DNA of 64,000 bases from Antedon mediterranea (lineage: Eukaryota; Animalia; Echinodermata), in assembly GCF_964355755.1 (NCBI RefSeq), contig NC_092675.1:21982912-22046911 (forward strand), in the 5' to 3' direction. Each line of letters opens with the position of its first letter. Within the stretch, counting starts at the first letter, position 1. The notes beneath the pieces are model-generated. The model ran no database searches, was not told where the DNA came from, and was given only the letters and a program-made list of their open reading frames with translations. The position numbers were made by a program, and so were the translations under genes. This document shows positions 47,701 through 59,164 of the stretch, in pieces.

Positions 47701-48746
47701 TAGTTTAGTTTTTGTGAATGGCTGACTAGATTAGACGATGTTCTGGTTTTCTGTTGCCAGCAGCCTAATCGAGTGCTGAAAATTTCGTAAACTTATGACA
47801 ACTTATGATGCCTGCACATTTATGATTGCCTTTATACAATTATTAACTGCCCTTTAGGAAGGGTCGGAACCCTGGTATGGTTTAGGATTGAAAGCGTCCA
47901 TCTTTCTAGTCTTTTAGAAACATAATTTGATCAATTTTTATGAACTTACACTGTAATTTTATTAATTGTTGTTTCCTAACTTAAGGTATGTTTTCACTGT
48001 AGTCTCATTAGTTAGTAATATTTAGATTTGTTAGAATTCAAATTATTGTAGTTCATGCATTTTCGATCACCATTATAACATACTGTATGGTATCTGTTCT
48101 GCCCTCTTGAAACCAGAGTTCACCGAACATTTATATCGCTGTGCTCCACAATCACCATTCCTATTTAAATGAAAAAAGAAATAGATACAATTTTACACTT
48201 TTGCACCTAAATGAAAATCAGTCATAAGCCCATAGACCACTTTAATAAGTCCATCTTGAAATTTTATTTTCAAGAAAGGTGATTGCAAAGAGAGGTGCAT
48301 TGCAGAGTTTTACTGTACATTTTAGTACTTTTAATACTTAAAGTAAACATTAACTTCAATTTTGAATTTTGTTGTGGGTAAATGACAATGCACTCTCAAC
48401 ATACTTTAGATTTACCCACAAAAAGTATAAGTGCAGTTTGTAGCAGACATATTTGTGGCTTATAGAAAGTTAGGAAATCGGTTTAATTTGAACAGGTTAA
48501 ACCACTATTTATAATTGTCCACAGTTGAAGGCATGTATACATGTTGCAAACAAATTGTGGAACTTATTTCCATTTTGTATTCATGTTTATTCGTCTTCTG
48601 TTATTATTTTAAAAGAATTGCCTTGGAACCACTTAATTTTGTTAGTTTAGTCATTGGTTTTCAGATATGCTGGCCCTTTCAAGTACAAGGTCTTCCCCAG
48701 AGTCCTGATAAAGGCTTGACTGGTAAACAGTTCAAGAGTTTCTAGT

Positions 48747-50787
48747 GAGTGTTGACAAAGTGCGAGGCAGCGAGGCATGCCAAATATTTGTGCGAGGCAT
48801 CATTTTATCATTTCCAAAAGTGCGAGGCATGCGCGGCATATAGTTTACAATTTCAAAAAGGTGCGAGGCATATCTTAACGTGCTATTATGATATATTATA
48901 GGCCTAATAATCAATCGATACAAGCGTATCTAAATAGATTCGTGTATACACTCATCATGTTGTTTATTTTTATGTAACGATTGTTTTTTCATTCAAGTCA
49001 TATCGTGTCAAATTTTACTTTTACAAAAGTGCCCAAACTACGGTTCAAAAATCTGAACGACAGTCTTCAACTTTCGATAAACAATAATTGTTATAGCGAC
49101 ACACTCATCAAATGACTGCAATGTTTGTTGGCATTTCGAGCGTGTTCACTCACATGTCTCTCGAACATAGCAGAGTGAAAATAATATTTTGTCACACCCC
49201 TGCGCCTAGATCCGGTAGACCCGAGAGATGGACAATCCCTCTTTACTATTTAGCAGGTAGTGGAATGATTCAGCCCTCAGCTCAGAGGATTGTGGTGCAT
49301 TCCCCTCCTATAGCACGTGGTTTCAGCAGCAACGCACAGACTTCTCTCTGAGCGGCGTGCCAAAGACATTTTTGACATTCCATTCTCTAGGAACAACACG
49401 TGTACCTCTCTCGCAAATAAGGTGAACAGCGATTGCCAGGACAAGTTCAATAACTGGCGGTGAATAAAAGGTAACTGATATGCCGATCCAATAACATGCC
49501 GCAAAGAAAAAAATTGCGACAGAATTCTGGAGCGCGTGTGAAAAAAGACTTACGTCCGACAATTGTAATACTAGGCCTAAAATTAAACTTTAGCTAATAT
49601 GCTTAGCCCTAACCTAGATAAGAGGCCTATGTAGAAAATAATTTAATCAATTTTGATAAAATAATAATTGGTGTAATATTTAATAATGATACACTATTCC
49701 TGTTTTAGTAAGCTAGGTATATTACGAACGATTTTTATTTATTGTTGTCCATGTTTGTACTAATAAACCTGGCGCTAGTTTCCTTCGCTTGTATTTTTAC
49801 TCCAAATTTGATAACTAACTTTATCGTGTGAATACCACACCTTAGAAGTATACCTCATGAGTACTTTAATGAAAGAATCACATAAAAAGTAACAAATAAA
49901 TCCTTAAATTAATGATTTTACAGGCGTGTTTCTCGCACACTGTTCGCGAATTTCACTTATTCAATGTTCAATATTTTTGTTTCTATGGAGCGCCAAAAGA
50001 GCAACGATAATAGAGGACTAAAACTCAGTGGAATGCGTCAATTTCTAATGCATTTATTGGTGAAAAACACGTTTTATTTCAATATATTTGTTAATTTGTC
50101 AATAAAAATGTTGTAATATGTTACTGCTGATACTGTTCTGTTTTCAAAGAATAATAATCGATCCTAAATCAACATCACTACCTAGTCTAGACCTAGGACA
50201 TCCTACTAAGGATATTATGATGAATTTTTCTATTTTATTCTTTAAAAGGTTAACGAAACCGTGTACATTATCAACAGTAACATTTTTCCTTACTGACAGT
50301 GACAAAATCTATTGAAATTGTACTTGATTTTCACCAAATAATGCGTTAAATATAAATGGATTCCACAGAGTTTTTAGCCCTCTAATTAATTTTGCTCTTT
50401 TGGCGTTCCATAGAAACCAAAATATTGAACATTGAGTGTGCGAAATGCGAGAAAAACAACGTCTGTAAAATCACCAATTTAATGGATTTATTGTTACTTT
50501 TATGTGATTTTTCTTCATTAAAGTAGGCCTACTAATTCTAAGCTGTGGTATTCAGGATAAAGCCTTGGTTAAATTACAAGGCAGGTGCAAAAGGAAACTA
50601 GCCTAGCGGGCCTAGGCCTAGGCTACTTCAATTTCGGTGATTTCCTGCCTTGCAATTTTGAGAAATGATAAAATGATGCCTCGCATTTTTTGATGATGGT
50701 AAAACGATGCCTCGCATAAATTTCTGACTTGCCTCGCATGCCTTCCCTGCCTCGCGTGCCTCGCTGCCTCGCACTTTGTTACTACCC
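48747..50787. mobile_element. Non-autonomous Mutator/MULE-like transposon, 2041 bp
   Basis: 9-bp TSD GTTTCTAGT (48738-48746, 50788-50796), TIR G.GT..T.ACAAAGTGCGAGGCAGCGAGGCA and multiple GCGAGGCA subterminal repeats. Confidence 0.88.
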
Positions 50788-52845
50788 GTTTCTAGTTTTG
50801 TTTTGCTCTTCATAAATTCAAAACAGGACAGTAATTGACATTGCAATGCAATAGATACATTTGCAGGTAGTGTATTTTTCAGTTACTGTATTATTATACA
50901 GATAACAATTCCTTGAACTAAAATATTAATCACATACAATTGACTTGTTTGTGTTTGAAAAGAATGGAATTAATTTAATGATCATGATTAAACTTAAACT
51001 CAATTTCTTTTGTCCTACGAGACATCATTGTTAAAAGAGAATACTATTAGGTCCTAATCTGTTCCTTCTTAATAGAGGCTCTATTGTATACGTGAAACAC
51101 TGATCATTACATGTTCCTTTATGGTACGACAAATATTAAAAACTACATTAAAATTTATAGTGGTATGTTTATGTACTTAGCATAAACTGTATATTTTTCT
51201 GTCATGGATTATAGAGTTCAAGTAGAACATCAGGGAGGGGAAGTTTGATTTGTCTATCACAGAATTTCCTTTTTATGAAAGTTAATCATTGTGTCTGAAC
51301 ATCTTCAACGTCATAGATTATTGTACACCTAGCATTAACATTACAAACCCCAACACTATGACTATGAGTCTGAACATTATTTTACTATTAATGAATCTGC
51401 ACTTTGTTGTGAGATTTGTTAGATCACAGATACTAGGTTGTTTCATTGCAACTTATTTACACATTCAAAAATAAACATACTGTAGTTTTCAATCTGCTGC
51501 ACTAAGCAAAAAAACATTTGCCTATCTATTACTGTAATTTGTTTAATAATGTAAATACTGATAACTTTATTTAACTCCTTTTATCAGCAATAAAAATTCA
51601 TTGTTTCGCATTGTGCATGTTCATTGCACAATCACGTTTTTCAGTGTTATTCTCTTCCTTCCAGCTGATTTGCTAGGGAATGAAACCAGATCAAAGCAGT
51701 CCACAGTTAGTCACACTTATTGGGTTATATAAAGATCATTGTCCTTTTGAAAAGTGAAAATAAAGCTAAGTTGAAAAAAAAAAATGTACAATGGATGAGA
51801 TTGGGATATCTATTGCCAGATTATTAACCTGAAAATCAAGGGAATGAAAAAAAATAAACAATTATTAGTCACCCAATGAAGCAAAACAAACCACAGAATT
51901 AATAGGTGTACTGTATAAACTGTGTTTACAAAATCTATGACCCTAATTTGAGTACAAAGGAAAATCTGGCTTTTTACTCTTTTTGTTTGGCATTTATCAG
52001 TAATTTTTCCCTGGATGTATGTATCACTTAGCACTATACTATTATGAGTCTAGAATTAGAAAAACTTAAAATTTATTAATTAGAAATATTTTTTTAAATA
52101 GATAATTTGTTTGTAACATATTAAATTTGAAACAACATTTTGACATTGCTTGCCAAAGATCTTTAAATTTAAAACGATAAATGTTCCATGGTGGTATATT
52201 TTAGGCAACCCATCTTAGAATAATGTTGACAATGGCCTGCTTACGAAGAATGGAGATTATAGAAGGTGCATACTGAGTCTTAAACAGATCAATGCACTAT
52301 TCCAAGAATCGTCAGAATTGTATAGAATGATTTGGAAATGACCTTATCTTCCCAATTACATCCCATCACAGAATACATAATTGTCATTTATACTATGTAA
52401 TTTAATAACAATTACTAAATACTAGTAATTCTATAATAACATTTTATTACTAATTAATGCAATTAATAATCATATCATTGATCAGCTGGTAGTCGACTGA
52501 TGCTTTTTGTATCAGCTGATACATGTCATACACCTACATTATTTTGAATTTAAATGGAAACTTGGAAGTTAAATGAAAAAACTGAAAACAAATTTGCTAT
52601 TGCAAACAGTAAAATGATAAAATGCCCTCATATATTTTTATTGCCAGAATTGTACAGCTTTCTTTTGAATTATGACTCCTGCCATAACATTATATTTTCA
52701 GTTGTTTACGTTTTGTTTTGTTTAATTTAAAAGGTTGCTAATGATGAGAAATACCCCTGGTTCATTTGTTTTGAGGCTCAAAAGGCTCATATAAGAAAGA
52801 AGTGATGTCAAATAATCCTTGGTCTGTTATTCTAGGACCATGTAG

Positions 52846-53015
52846 AACGTGGGGAATACTTTATTTGTTCATTTGAGAAGCCCTATGCAAGCATTTGGGG
52901 AATACTCTCCTTCCAATCATATCTTTAAGCCCATGCAAGCAGCGAATGATGGGGAATACAGTCTTACTTTATACTTTGAGAAGGCCCATGCAAGCAGCGA
53001 GTGATGGGAATACTT
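52846..53015. repeat. ~50-58 bp degenerate tandem repeat x3
   Basis: Recurring AAG(G)CCC(T)ATGCAAGCA...TGGGGAATAC. Confidence 0.7.
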
Positions 53016-53379
53016 AAAAGGTAACTCTCACTGTTTAGCAAGGTCAGAGTGCTTTCTTTACTTCAAAAGCCTCATTAAAATTGCATAAACCAATCTAGGC
53101 ACCAAAGTTTCTACTAAGCAACAGGGCATCCTTGAATCCAATCAGCAGCACACGATTTACATACAATGTCACTATACTGCCCACAAGTTCAGTTTCCATA
53201 TATAATTGTTTATGCTATATCCAACAAGTAGCTTTCCACCCTCTGCAAATTTGTTCAACCAAAACAGTACAAATTGCATGTATTCTGTTACTAAATTGGT
53301 CTGTACTCAAGTTATATCAAAACATTGTATAATATCAATACAAATTGTTATTTAAAGTACGGTATTATATTATAGTATT

Positions 53380-53680
53380 TTATTTTTTATTTATTTTTTT
53401 TTTATACTGGGCAACCTCTTCAGTCAAAGACTGGTCTCCCAGAGGGCCCAGTTGGTGATCAGTGGCTGTGATGTACTAATACACCGGGGTAACCCCCTAC
53501 TCGTCTCGAAAGATGTACTAGGTTCTTTAAAGTGCACACGAGCTAGTTGTGTAAACTGGACCTACGGTTTATAGTTCTTATCCGAGATGACTACCACCAG
53601 AACCATGGAGTGAGCCTCGAACCCTTGCCGATGTTATGGCTACGTAATTACGGTTCCACTGTCTTAACCGCTCGGCCACT
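53380..53680 (-). mobile_element. Full-length tRNA-derived SINE with Deu/Nin-type central domain (head-only relic at ~45140-45225)
   Basis: Minus strand: TGGCCGAGCGG (A box), GGTTCGAGGC (B box), GGATAAGAACTATAAACCGTAGGTCC..GCACTTTAAAGAACC..TTCGAGACGAGTAGGGGGTTACCCCGGTG (DeuSINE-like core, from my recollection of the consensus) and an A-rich tail. Confidence 0.85.
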
Positions 53681-55229
53681 CACTCAGTATCTACCTAACA
53701 TGCCAAATAAAACATAAATTTACAGTTATTTGTTGTGCTTAATTTCTGAGATAGGCAGACACAATGCAAAAAACATGTGGAAACAACCATTGTTGATGCA
53801 TAAACATAGCTATGATTGTTATAGTCTATGTACATATATTTGTTAATTAAAACTCCGGTATTGTTACATATTTGTCGCATATCACAACAAAAAAAAAAGG
53901 TTTTCACTCACAAACGGACTTTGTTGATAATATGTTCTTTTACATTTTACGTTTTGAAATTCATAGATATGCTTCATAGTAAATTCTGGATTGGCTGCAC
54001 AGTACTTCTGGATTCGCACACTCTCGCACCCTGCCAAGTAATAATGAATTAATTTGCAGATTTTAAACATGGTTACTATACAGTATTATGTTTATGTTTT
54101 TACTTCATACACTCACACTCACTCATTCCTTCATTCTCTTAATTTCTGATGACTCAAGTCATCATAATCAAAAAGTTTCTGAAAATTTAAACATGTGTAC
54201 ACTTAGTAGAGGTTAAGCGAGTCCACCGTTTAGTCAACTTTAAACTCATAACAAAACAATAAAATGCTTTTAGAAGAGATTATCCCAGTTATAACCAGTT
54301 TCACAACTATAAAGTATACAAAGAAATGAGGGTATTTAATTTACATACAATGCTTGCTAAGTAATACTAATAATACTAGGTTTTATGGTGAAAGGACAAT
54401 CAATTCACCTTCAAAATTGACCTGGCAAAATGAAGGTAAAATTCTGTAAACAAGTCTAATTAGGGTACAACTGAATAACTGGCTAAATAACAACTTTTTG
54501 TGGAACTTTATTAAACCTTAATAAAGCCTTTAATCTTGATTGACTTTTAACTTCCAACTGGCTAAGGGCCAGATTCTGCTATAAGCAAATAAACTGGTTA
54601 AAATTATATGTACCACCATTTTCTAACAAGCAATTTCAGGGCAAACCTCCTAAGTAAATTCAGATAATCGTGGGAGCTACCCAATATTTGGCTGATCTCT
54701 TGTCTTGCACTAAAGGTGCAATTCTCTTTGTTTTGGATATAACTTTCACTACAATTTAGACTTTGTTATAAGGTCCCTTTTGGTTAAAACTGAATGGGCC
54801 AAATGAGAATTGATTATCAATAATTGTCGTACATCATGCATGAAAAGATCCTGGCATTCCCGCTCTGTACTATGCTGATGCGCAATATCGTTTTAAATAG
54901 GACCCTCTATCTTTGGATGCATTGCAAAATTTAATATACTGTACGGTACCATAGAGATATTATAGTTCACTATAATATCTCTATGACTGTACATAATCAT
55001 GTCTTACTTTTTTTCTTTTTTTTTTGGAAAACGGTACTTTTACATTAGGCTCATGTGCAACAGAAACAAAGTGGGAAACAAGCAAACAACTCTAGGGTCT
55101 ATTTCTGATACATTTTCGTTCCTAAATAACCATTTTAATTCAGTGGGTGGCCATCGGCAGAAATCGTTAGCATTACCAAAAATGCAACGGGCTCTGGCAG
55201 TCAATCAAACTGTAGTGTAGTTGACTTAA

Positions 55230-55825
55230 AGGCCAGGTGCGGGCAAAAAATTTCTATTGATCATACATTCGAATAATTATCGATCTATAGTTTCCCCTAT
55301 GTTTCATAATTTTTGGGATTTTATTTGTGTTACACGAGCTTGTTGAAAATAAGCACTTTCTTATCAGTGGGGGGGATAGTTGAAATTACACAGTAAAATC
55401 TCTATTCTTTTGTACACAAATTTTGTAAATAGAGAGGCATTTTAAAAAGCTACGAAAAATAAACAGTGTGGTAAAAAATGTTTTCAGATGACTAAGTATA
55501 GGTAATATAACTTGAATATTACATTTCTGGAATTTTTATTCAACTTCAAATTTTTATTTTCATGCTATAGCAAAAATTATCCACCGTATATCCACCATCT
55601 TTTTTCACCTTCTAGGGAGTCACAAGACATCTTATTACATTAGGTTAACTACCTAACTACTGAAAAAAGGTCTTCCTGGTTTTTATGGAAGAATTTTGCA
55701 AAATTTTGTATTTGGCCATATTAAGGAAAATTCATGTTTTTTTCGTCTTGATTTCTGTTACAAATATTTGATTTATGTACAATTAACCAAATATTATATT
55801 TAAAATTCATGCCTGTACCTGAGCT
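55230..55825. mobile_element. Kolobok-like MITE
   Basis: TTAA TSD (55226-55229, 55826-55829) and imperfect TIR AGGCCAGGTGCGGGCA / TGCCTGTACCTGAGCT. Confidence 0.65.
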
Positions 55826-57242
55826 TTAAGGTCAGCGCCTGTCAATCAAATAAATGTTGTTTTGCGTTGCAGCTGAAACTTGCACAGCAATATTAAATAG
55901 TTTAAAAGAGTTATTTTCAGGCTGCCATTTAAAATATTAATTTGTCCCGTTTCTGCTACCAAGAAATTGGGGTCAGTACAAGTGAAATACATTCACCAAA
56001 CATAGGCGAAGATGACATCATTTTTTTGGGGGGTAGGCAATTAACCACCAGCTAGCCACGGCATTCATAAAAAATCACTTTGAAATGCGGGGCTGCTGTC
56101 ATGCATGATGGTTAGTAACTAGATATAACAATGGGGATGGTAGACATTAGCCTGAAACTGAAAGGTAACATTTAAAATATTATTTTATAATTATATGTAA
56201 GAAATCAATGAACAATGTATTGTATAAATAAATGTAAATTTATCAAATTTATTAAAACAAAATTATTTATTTTATTATTATTTATAAAATAGAAATTTAA
56301 TTAATATAATTAATACCTAGGCCTAGGACTATCTGAAATCGTTCAAACTACTTTACATTGTGTACACTTTTACTGTAGGCCTACTGGGATACCGTGTAGG
56401 CCAAGGTATAGTCTCAATTGGTAGTAGCAGTGCCGGATAGGTCCTGTCTGATTCAGTATCCGAAACAGGAAGGTGGAGGAGTAGGCCTAGCTAGGTAGTT
56501 AAGGTCTGAAGTTTTAGACCAGGCATATGTCTTCAACCTACCTTTAATTAAATAATAATTCCAAATAGCGTTAGTCCATATACACACAATGCATAACTTC
56601 AAGTCGTTTTATATTATGTAGATACAATTAAAAATGTATTATATATGATGTATACGTGGATAGGGCACAACTTCCAAACAATAGCTTCTGTGTAATCCGC
56701 TACCGGTGCCAAAACGTTCAACCAATCACATTTTACTTTAGCCACGATCAAAAAGTGGTGTGATATTTGGTGACCGATAAAATTCGTTTGACCATGTCTC
56801 TATACTTTTGTTAGTTCTAGGCCTAGTAGTTTTGTTTAAAATTAACACAGATTAATTAATTAATAGAATATTAATCAGCATTCCACTGAACGCAAAGAAT
56901 GCAATCAAAATTAATTTTCAATCGACAGTCATAAAAGTCTGTTAAACCGGATGTGCGTATGCGTAACGTAATGCGCGCGTACACGTAACGTAAACATACG
57001 CGTTTCCGTTTCCAAGGCGCGTGAAACGTCGCTGAAACTACGCGCATCCGTTTTTTATCCTGATTTATCTTGCCGGTTTTTATGGATGAATATTTTAAAG
57101 TACCACTACCACACAATTTTTGTAGAAATATAATGTTTATATTAATTTAACCTTCGACGCATGTTGTAGATACTTTTTTCTTTTTTTTTCTGTACAGCCA
57201 TGGAGAAATGGTGCAAGCATACACGAGAACATGTCATACTAA

Positions 57243-57428
57243 AGCTTGGTTCCGACTTCCCACTAGAACGTAACGCAAGAACGTAAACGCAACGCAAATG
57301 TTTTAACCAATGACAAGCGAAGTTATAGACAGTTAGCAATCACAAGCGAATAAGCCATCGCTTGTGATTTGTCAATTCACTTGCGTTGCGTTACGTCGTT
57401 GTGTTGCGTCGCTAGTGGGAACCACGCT
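57243..57428. mobile_element. Harbinger-like MITE (AGCTTGGTTCCCACTAG family)
   Basis: TIRs and TAA TSD; reverse complement of 58260-58429. Confidence 0.85.
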
Positions 57429-58091
57429 TAAACAAACTGACCCACAGTGAGATCCTTGTTTGCAACAAAAAACAACTTTTTTGTGTCAATGTACTCTACT
57501 AATATAATCCTCGTGACTTTGTAATTATATTTAGCAATAGGCCTAGTACACCCAGCCACCCCACTGCCATTTTTCTCATTTTCTTCCATTTATGAACCGT
57601 CACATGTCATAGATTTATTTATACAGTATTTATATTCGAAAAAAAAACAAGAAAATTTACAAAAATAACGAGGAAATAAAAACAGTATACAAAACGCCAT
57701 TTTTCTTTTGTTACTTAAAAAACAGACATTAAAGGTTAAACAAATTAAAGTATTTAGATGTATACGGTTATTAATTAACTATTGTATAACGTTGTTCTTT
57801 ATGGATAATTGTTTGATTTTAAAGTTATTTTCGCGGCTGTCCACATGCAAATTGTTTATTGACTTCTACAATGTTTCCATCTCATTAGCCGCCTTTTGTT
57901 TGTTGCTTGTATATCCTCATTTTAATTTTCCAGTTAAAATTTTCCAATCCACATTATCACAAAACAAAGAAACAAAAAAGCTATTCCTATAACAATTTTT
58001 ATTGCGTTCTTAAGTCTGAAAAAAGCACCTTTATCTAGTATAGTATCATTTTATTTATAAGTTGCGAATCTCAAGCGTTTGACTACAGTGA

Positions 58092-58429
58092 AAGCTGGTA
58101 TCTACCTATACGAAAAACTTGGTTGCAGCACGTAAGGTCAAAGCAACGCAAGTTAGTTGACAAACAAAATGCGACAGTTCGAAAAACCATCGCAAAGTGT
58201 GATTCGTCAAATTATTTGTGTTGCGCTTACGTCCTTGTGAGAACCAAGCTTTACGCTAAAGCTTGGTTCCCACTAGCGACGCAACACAACGACGTAACGC
58301 AACGCAAGTGAATTGACCAATCACAAGCGATGGCTTATTCGCTTGTGAACTGTAACTTCGCTTGTCATTGGTTAAAACGCTTGCGTTGCGTTTTACGTCC
58401 TTGCGTTATGTTCTAGTGGGAACCAAGCT
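58092..58429. mobile_element. Two adjacent Harbinger-like MITEs (degenerate 58092-58249; intact 58260-58429)
   Basis: AGCTTGGTTCCCACTAG / CTAGTGGGAACCAAGCT perfect TIR in the second copy. Confidence 0.8.
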
Positions 58430-59067
58430 TTAAGTAAAGTTCAATATCTTATCGTTCAGAGGTTATAAATCATTTTAATTCATTTGTAACCTATTTGTTT
58501 CAGATCCGGTTTACTAATTTTGAAACCCTAAAAAATATAATGACTCTACTGTGTCAAAACAGATCGAAAAATATAGCCTGCTGAGAATCCCGTTTTTATA
58601 AAATATATTTCAATATTTTTTTCATTGAAAAAATAACAATGTTTATGCTATATCCCTATTCTGTATAGAGAAGTGCTCCTAAAGTATAAAAACACCCACT
58701 TAGGCCTACTGTATTCTATTAGAGTCGGAATTATAATATTTATTGATAATATCATTAATCACATACCTATTTAATTCATGATTATTTAAAACAAATTAGA
58801 ACAAATCTCACATAGACTAGCTTAATAAATGTATATAAATTATCTATTATAAGCCTAAACTCTGTACTGTACAGAGTTTAGGCTTATAATACTGTTGATG
58901 TTAGGTCACGCACTAAAAATAGCAACTAATCGCTTTGTTGCTGTTTGCGCGAGCAGAGGGTGAAGCGAACACATGATAGAAGAGCTGTTTTCGTTTTGTC
59001 AGCATAAAGTAAATTGAGACCTGGTTGATGGAGAAACGACTTTTGAACCCCATTGTTTGGTGATGAG

Positions 59068-59100
59068 TATAAAAGGTCCGGGACGAATCGTTTCTTCATT
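59068..59100 (+). promoter_or_regulatory. TATA box and initiator of the LLTP gene
   Basis: TATAAAAG at 59068-59075 and Inr-like TCATTT with its A at 59098 (30 nt downstream), 67 nt upstream of the ATG. Confidence 0.8.
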
Positions 59101-59164
59101 TCTGCAGTAGTTCCACAATTAATCAGTCAAGATTTCGTAAGAAGGCCTACGGCTCTGCTTCGAA

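Noticed and set aside
52846-53015. NF-kB site array (GGGGAATAC x3-4)
   Set aside because: It lacks the terminal CC of the consensus and is explained by simple tandem duplication.
39100-59000. Short 60-95 aa ORFs and partial miRNA seed matches (e.g. TCTTTGGTT at ~42347, TATTGCAC at ~41014 and ~45460, GTGCATTG at ~48295)
   Set aside because: No recognisable domains or exon chains. The seed matches do not extend to the mature miRNA sequences or to clear precursor hairpins.
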